From Burkholderiales bacterium (lineage in GTDB: Bacteria; Pseudomonadota; Gammaproteobacteria; Burkholderiales; Burkholderiaceae_C), in the NCBI GenBank assembly GCA_028868895.1, contig JAGWTP010000003.1, forward strand, positions 7,392 through 71,391: a DNA stretch of 64,000 nt, written 5' to 3'. Position 1 is the first letter of the stretch. Each line of letters begins with the position of its first letter. Shown here piece after piece: positions 56,880 through 64,000 of this stretch. The notes under the pieces were generated by a model. That model was not told the DNA's origin and did no database searches. It saw only the letters and a program-made list of their open reading frames with translations. The translations under genes and the position numbers were made by a program.

Positions 56880-56909
56880 CCCGCCGATCGGCCCCGACCG
56901 GCGGCGCGC

Positions 56910-57533
56910 ATGCGCATCGCGATCCTCACCTTCGACGGCTTCAACGAGCTCGATTCGTTCATCGCGCTCGGGCTGCTGAACCGCCTGGGCGCGCAAGGCT
57001 GGAAGGCCGAGATCACCTGCCCGGGCACGCACGTCACGTCGATGAATGGCGTGACGGTGCAGGCGCAGCAGCCGCTGGAGTTCGCCAACGAGGCCGACGC
57101 GGTGATCTTCGGCAGCGGCATCTACACCCGCGCGATCGCCGCCGGCACCGGCCAGGGCGGCGCGCCGCTCGACCGGCTCGAACTCGACCCGCTGCGCCAG
57201 CTGATCGGGGCGCAGTGTTCCGGTGCGCTGCTGCTCGCGCGCCTGGGCCTGCTGGCCGACATGCCGGCCTGCACCGACCTCACCACCAAGCCGTGGCTGC
57301 TCGAAGCCGGCGTGCGCGTCGAAGACGCGCCGTTCCATGCGCGCGGGCCGATCGCCACCGCCGGCGGCTGCCTCGCGTCGCAGTACCTGGCGGCCTGGTT
57401 GATGGCGCGCGGCGCGGGCTTCGAGGCCGCCGCCCGGGCGCTGCACTACGCCGCGCCGGTGGGCGAGAAAGACGCCTACGTGGCGAGGCTGCTCGACGTG
57501 GTGCGGCCGTTCATCGACGAGCCCGCCGCCTGA
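56910..57533 (+). CDS. DJ-1/PfpI family protein
   Basis: FDGFNELD, GAQCSG nucleophile elbow, TAGG. Confidence 0.85.
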   Translation: MRIAILTFDGFNELDSFIALGLLNRLGAQGWKAEITCPGTHVTSMNGVTVQAQQPLEFANEADAVIFGSGIYTRAIAAGTGQGGAPLDRLELDPLRQLIGAQCSGALLLARLGLLADMPACTDLTTKPWLLEAGVRVEDAPFHARGPIATAGGCLASQYLAAWLMARGAGFEAAARALHYAAPVGEKDAYVARLLDVVRPFIDEPAA

Positions 57534-57612
57534 ACCGCGCGTCGATCGCCCCCGGCCCGCGATAATTGCCGGTTGTCTCTTCGAGGCGGCCGGGCTCATC
57601 GGCCGCACACGC

Positions 57613-59253
<1,641 letters not shown>

Positions 59254-59368
59254 GCCCGGACGAAGAAAACTCCCTGCGGACTGTTCTTCGGCTGGCAATC
59301 GACGATTCGCCTGCAGGCGAAACGGCTCGGTGCCGCGGCGCACGCATGCCGAACGGCTTTGCCCCTTA

Positions 59369-59419
59369 TTGATGCGTCGATGCGTCGTTGATGCTACGAT
59401 GCGCCTTCACTGTGAAGGC
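59369..59419 (+). promoter_or_regulatory. vapBC promoter/operator region
   Basis: GATGC x4 (59371, 59379, 59390, 59398), -10-like TACGAT, perfect GCCTTCAC-T-GTGAAGGC. Confidence 0.55.
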
Positions 59420-59428
59420 ACTGCACCC

Positions 59429-59674
59429 ATGCGAACCACCATCAACCTGGCCGAGGACGCCGCCCTTGCAGCACGCAACCTGGCGCAGCGCGAGCGAGTC
59501 TCGCTCGGCGAAGCGATTTCGGAACTCATCCGCCGCGGCGCGAGCGCAGGCATGGGCGAAGTCCGGGCCCGTGCGGTCCAACCCATGCGGGGACGCTTTG
59601 CGCTGCTGCCGGCGCGCGACGAGGTCATCACGCCCCAGCATGTGCGAGCGCTGATGGAACGCGAAGGCATCTGA
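59429..59674 (+). CDS. vapB: Ribbon-helix-helix antitoxin (VapB-like)
   Basis: MRTTINL...SLGEAISELIRRG, directly upstream of the PIN toxin. Confidence 0.8.
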   Translation: MRTTINLAEDAALAARNLAQRERVSLGEAISELIRRGASAGMGEVRARAVQPMRGRFALLPARDEVITPQHVRALMEREGI

Positions 59675-59689
59675 GCCCACGGCCCGGCC

Positions 59690-60121
59690 ATGCGCGCGCT
59701 GCTCGACGTCAATGTGTGGGTGGCGCTGTTCGACGACGCGCACCAGTTTTCGGATCGGGCCAATTCGTTCATCGAGACGCGTGGCGTCAAGATCGCCACC
59801 TGTCCGCTGGTGGAAAACGGCGTGATCCGGGTCCTGAGTCTGCCGAGCTATGGCCGCCGTGGTGGCTTGCCGATACACGTCGTTCGCGAGCGGCTGCGGG
59901 AAGCCTGCAGCGCGCTGGACCACGAATTCTGGCCCGACGACATTTCGTTGCGTGACGATGCGCTCGTGAACTTCAATCGTGTGCAGGGCCACAACCAGAT
60001 CACCGATCTCTACCTGCTGGCCCTCGCGGTGCATCGAGGCGGCTGCCTGACAACGTTCGACCAGGCCATCGCGCTGGCCAGCGTGCATGGGGCCACGGTG
60101 CGGCATCTGAAGCAGCTTTGA
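59690..60121 (+). CDS. vapC: PIN-domain ribonuclease toxin (VapC)
   Basis: ALLDVNVWVAL, CPLVENG, QITDLYLLALA, TTFD. Confidence 0.88.
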   Translation: MRALLDVNVWVALFDDAHQFSDRANSFIETRGVKIATCPLVENGVIRVLSLPSYGRRGGLPIHVVRERLREACSALDHEFWPDDISLRDDALVNFNRVQGHNQITDLYLLALAVHRGGCLTTFDQAIALASVHGATVRHLKQL

Positions 60122-60122
60122 T

Positions 60123-60141
60123 CCGCCGGTCAGACCGGCGG
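60123..60141. terminator. Perfect inverted repeat after vapC
   Basis: CCGCCGGTC-A-GACCGGCGG. Confidence 0.4.
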
Positions 60142-60209
60142 TGAAGTTCGCGCGACTACAACGTCGCGCCGGCCGCTACGGCGCGTCGTGACGCTGGCGT
60201 ACCCGGGCT

Positions 60210-60902
60210 TCAGAGGGTGTTGGGCCAGACCACCGCACTCGCCGAATTGAACGTGTAGTCCAGCCCGACCACGGCGACCAGCCCGCTCACCGGGTCGGCG
60301 GGGTAGATCAGGATCGTGCCGGCGCGCGGTTGCACCGCCGAGTCGTAGACCAGCACGCCGTCGGTGGCGCGGCGCAGGCGCAGCTGGCAATAGGGGCTCT
60401 GTGAGGCCTGCAGCGCCGAGGCATTGAACGCGAGCGACGGCGTCAACTGCACGGTGCCGGCGGTGTCACCGAGCTCGACGTCGAGCGCCACGTTGGAGTC
60501 GAAGTAGTTGACGATGCCCACCGGCGCCGGCGCCAGCAGCGTCGATGTGCCGTTGCGGTAGAACACCAGCACCGGCGGCGAGTTGTTGTCGACATTGAAG
60601 TTGTCGAAGAACACGGTGCGGCCGCTGGTCGTGTCGCGCATCCCGATGCTGTAGGTACCGTACGCGATCTCGATCGGCTGCGTGATGGCCTGGAACGGCA
60701 GCGCCGGCGAGACGATCGGCGCGGCGGTCGTGCCGTTTGCGCCGACCGAGACGTCGACGAACGCGAACTCGGGGTTCAGGTTGAGCACCCACACCAGACG
60801 CGTCGGCGCGGTATAGCCGCCACCGCCGCCACAGGCGGCCAGCGTGGCCGCGGCGCCGGTGGCGAACAGGCCGATGATCAGTTGGCGTCGTGCGATGGCC
60901 AT
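60210..60902 (-). CDS. Beta-rich lipoprotein, DUF4397-like
   Basis: Signal MAIARRQLIIGLFATGAAATLAAC; V.NL.P...VDV pattern that appears twice. Confidence 0.6.
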   Translation of the reverse strand: MAIARRQLIIGLFATGAAATLAACGGGGGYTAPTRLVWVLNLNPEFAFVDVSVGANGTTAAPIVSPALPFQAITQPIEIAYGTYSIGMRDTTSGRTVFFDNFNVDNNSPPVLVFYRNGTSTLLAPAPVGIVNYFDSNVALDVELGDTAGTVQLTPSLAFNASALQASQSPYCQLRLRRATDGVLVYDSAVQPRAGTILIYPADPVSGLVAVVGLDYTFNSASAVVWPNTL

Positions 60903-61052
60903 GAGGTGCTCCGGTGCGGTGGCTGGCGGTTGCGAAAAAGGGTCGGTCGACACGCTGCGCAGGCAATCCCCCGCGCACGGCACCGACACCGTCAGCCACC
61001 CTAACGCCGCACCGGGCGGATCGGCGTACGACACAGCCGCGACAATCGCGGC

Positions 61053-61928
61053 ATGTCGTCCGACGCTTCTGCCCGGTCGCGCCTGCGGCTCTACCTCGAC
61101 CTGATCCGCTGGAACCGTCCGGCCGGCAGCTACCTGCTGCTGTGGCCGACGCTGTCGGCCCTGTGGATCGCCGCCGGCGGTTTCCCCGGCTGGCATCTGC
61201 TGCTGGTATTCGTGCTCGGCACCTTCCTGATGCGCAGCGCCGGCTGCACCGTCAACGACGTGGCCGACCGCGAGTTCGACCGGCACGTCAAGCGCACCGC
61301 GCAGCGCCCGGTGACGAGCGGCGCGGTCAGCGTGCCGGCCGCGCTGACGCTCGGCGCGGTGCTCGCGCTGCTGGCGTTCGCGCTGGTGCTCACGACCAAC
61401 CTGGCCGCCGTCGCTTGGAGTTTCGTCGCGCTCGCGGTCAGCATCGTCTACCCGTACACCAAGCGCTTCCTGTCGATGCCGCAGGCGGTGCTCGGCGTGG
61501 CCTTCAGCTTCGGCATCCCGATGGCGTTCGCGGCGGTCCAGGGCCGCGTGCCGGCGCTGGCCTGGGCGCTGCTGCTGGGCAACCTGTTCTGGGTGCTGGC
61601 CTACGACACCGAGTACGCGATGGTGGACCGCGACGACGACCTGAAGATCGGCATCCGGACCTCGGCGATCACGCTCGGCCGCCTGGATGTGGCCGCGGTG
61701 ATGCTGTTCTACGCCGCCTACCTGGCGATCTGGGCCGGGCTGGGTGCGTCACTGGCGCTGCCCTGGCCGTACGACGCCGGGCTGGCGGTCGCCGCGGCGA
61801 TCGCCGCCTGGCACTACACGCTGATCCGCACGCGCACCCGCGAAGGCTGCTTTCGCGCGTTCCGGCTCAACCACTGGCTGGGCTTCGCGGTGTTCGCCGG
61901 CACGGTCGCCGGCCACGCGCTGCGCTGA
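61053..61928 (+). CDS. ubiA: 4-hydroxybenzoate octaprenyltransferase
   Basis: [39 protein letters not shown]. Confidence 0.95.
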   Translation: MSSDASARSRLRLYLDLIRWNRPAGSYLLLWPTLSALWIAAGGFPGWHLLLVFVLGTFLMRSAGCTVNDVADREFDRHVKRTAQRPVTSGAVSVPAALTLGAVLALLAFALVLTTNLAAVAWSFVALAVSIVYPYTKRFLSMPQAVLGVAFSFGIPMAFAAVQGRVPALAWALLLGNLFWVLAYDTEYAMVDRDDDLKIGIRTSAITLGRLDVAAVMLFYAAYLAIWAGLGASLALPWPYDAGLAVAAAIAAWHYTLIRTRTREGCFRAFRLNHWLGFAVFAGTVAGHALR

Positions 61929-61958
61929 CGCGCAACGCGTGGCCTCGTCGATGCAGCG

Positions 61959-62375
61959 TCAGCCGGCCGCCACGGCGATGCGCCGCGGCTTGGCGTGTTC
62001 CTGCTTGGGCACGCGCAGGGTCAGCACGCCATCCTTCATGGCCGCCTCGATGCGCCCGGTGTCGAGTTCGCGGCTGAGCGTGAAGGCGCGCCGGTAGCGC
62101 GGCACGCGGATCTCGGCGTACACCGACTGCAGCTGGGGCGGTGTCGGCGTGTTCACTTCGCCCTCGATCAGCAGCGTGTCGCCTTCGACCTTCAGCTCGA
62201 GCTTGTCCTTGGGCACGCCGGGCAGGTCGGCGAGCAGCGTGATGCCGGCGTCGTCTTCCAGCACGTCCACCCGTGGCACCAGCGCGCGCATGTCCTGCGC
62301 GGCGCGGGCCGGGGTTTGCTGCGCTTGCGCGACCGTGGTGTCGCGCCGGGCGGTGAGTTCCTTGTCGTTGCTCAT
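61959..62375 (-). CDS. Small heat shock protein Hsp20
   Basis: PRVDVLE, ADLPGV, A.MKDGVLTLRVPK. Confidence 0.9.
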   Translation of the reverse strand: MSNDKELTARRDTTVAQAQQTPARAAQDMRALVPRVDVLEDDAGITLLADLPGVPKDKLELKVEGDTLLIEGEVNTPTPPQLQSVYAEIRVPRYRRAFTLSRELDTGRIEAAMKDGVLTLRVPKQEHAKPRRIAVAAG

Positions 62376-62402
62376 GGTGGGTCTCTCCTTTCGGACGCGG
62401 GG

Positions 62403-62861
62403 TTACTGGATCGCGATGCGGGTCGGCTGCGCCGCCTGGCGCCGCGCCACGCTGATGTGCAGCACGCCGTCGCGGTAGCTGGCCTGGACCTGCGCCGGAT
62501 CGGCGTCGTCGGGCAGGCTGACGGCACGCAGGAAGCTGCCGCTGGTGCGCTCGCGGCTGAACACGCTGACCCTCGGCTTGGCGTTGGCGTCGGGCAGCGT
62601 CGAGGGGCGCTCGCCGGCGATCGTGAGCACGCCGCGATCGACGGTCACGTCGATCTTGGATGCGTCGATGCCGGGGGCGAACGCGTAGACCTCCAGGCTT
62701 TGCGGCGTGTTGCCGATGTTGACCGCCGGGAATGCGCCGGGCGCGACCGAGCGGATGCTCGCGGGCAGGCCGCCGGCCTCGAACACGTCGTCGAGTTCGC
62801 GGCGCAGCCGCTCGAAGTCACCGAAGAAACTGCCCGGGAAGTTGAGCAGGGACTCGTACAT
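62403..62861 (-). CDS. Small heat shock protein Hsp20
   Basis: FPAVNIG, GSFLRAVSLP, ASYRDGVLHI. Confidence 0.9.
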   Translation of the reverse strand: MYESLLNFPGSFFGDFERLRRELDDVFEAGGLPASIRSVAPGAFPAVNIGNTPQSLEVYAFAPGIDASKIDVTVDRGVLTIAGERPSTLPDANAKPRVSVFSRERTSGSFLRAVSLPDDADPAQVQASYRDGVLHISVARRQAAQPTRIAIQ

Positions 62862-62935
62862 GGCCAGATCTCCTTGGGTTGGTTCGTTCAACGAAGCCGC
62901 GACTGCGTTCGTGACGCAGCGCGGGCCACCAGGAG

Positions 62936-62962
62936 ATATTGGCCGGTCGGGCCGGTTTCAAG
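62936..62962 (-). promoter_or_regulatory. Sigma32 (RpoH) promoter of the Hsp20 pair
   Basis: Minus strand CTTGAAA-N13-CCAATAT, close to the RpoH consensus. Confidence 0.7.
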
Positions 62963-62993
62963 GGGGCGCCGGCACCTTGCGTGCGATACGCGT

Positions 62994-64000
<1,007 letters not shown>

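Noticed and set aside
62862-62930. ROSE thermometer in the Hsp20 leader
   Set aside because: Small hairpins are present, but no U(U/C)GCU pairing with the Shine-Dalgarno sequence.

Overview
High-GC (about 70% by eye) chromosomal segment of a Betaproteobacterium. Gene content and order suggest Burkholderiales, probably Rubrivivax/Piscinibacter-like (inference). From left to right: a maltose/maltodextrin ABC operon with a GH13 amylase; two aldehyde dehydrogenases; a secreted phosphoesterase; housekeeping genes; a TonB receptor/ABC/alkaline-phosphatase-superfamily uptake cluster; an orphan GH19 hydrolase; a 5-step histidine utilisation cluster (hutCHGIFU); a LysR gene with two small paralogous ORFs; pckG; rlmJ; a Doc-type toxin-antitoxin pair; tgt-queA; recG; oxyR-dps; prfC; vapBC; ubiA; two Hsp20 genes; and a partial glutamate dehydrogenase. 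The most unusual element is a two-gene cassette between recG and oxyR. It encodes a membrane receptor with an N-terminal TIR domain (catalytic Glu retained), a periplasmic CHASE2 domain and no conventional C-terminal output. That gene is translationally coupled to a FecR-domain lipoprotein carrying two novel-looking Cys-rich GWCC repeats. Other notable signals are a ~157-bp long-inverted-repeat element with strand-asymmetric G-U pairing, CTAG-centred operators at three hut promoters, and a structured terminator-like leader on pckG. I saw no tRNA, rRNA, CRISPR array, transposase or integrase. All domain calls come from motif recognition by eye, not from database searches.
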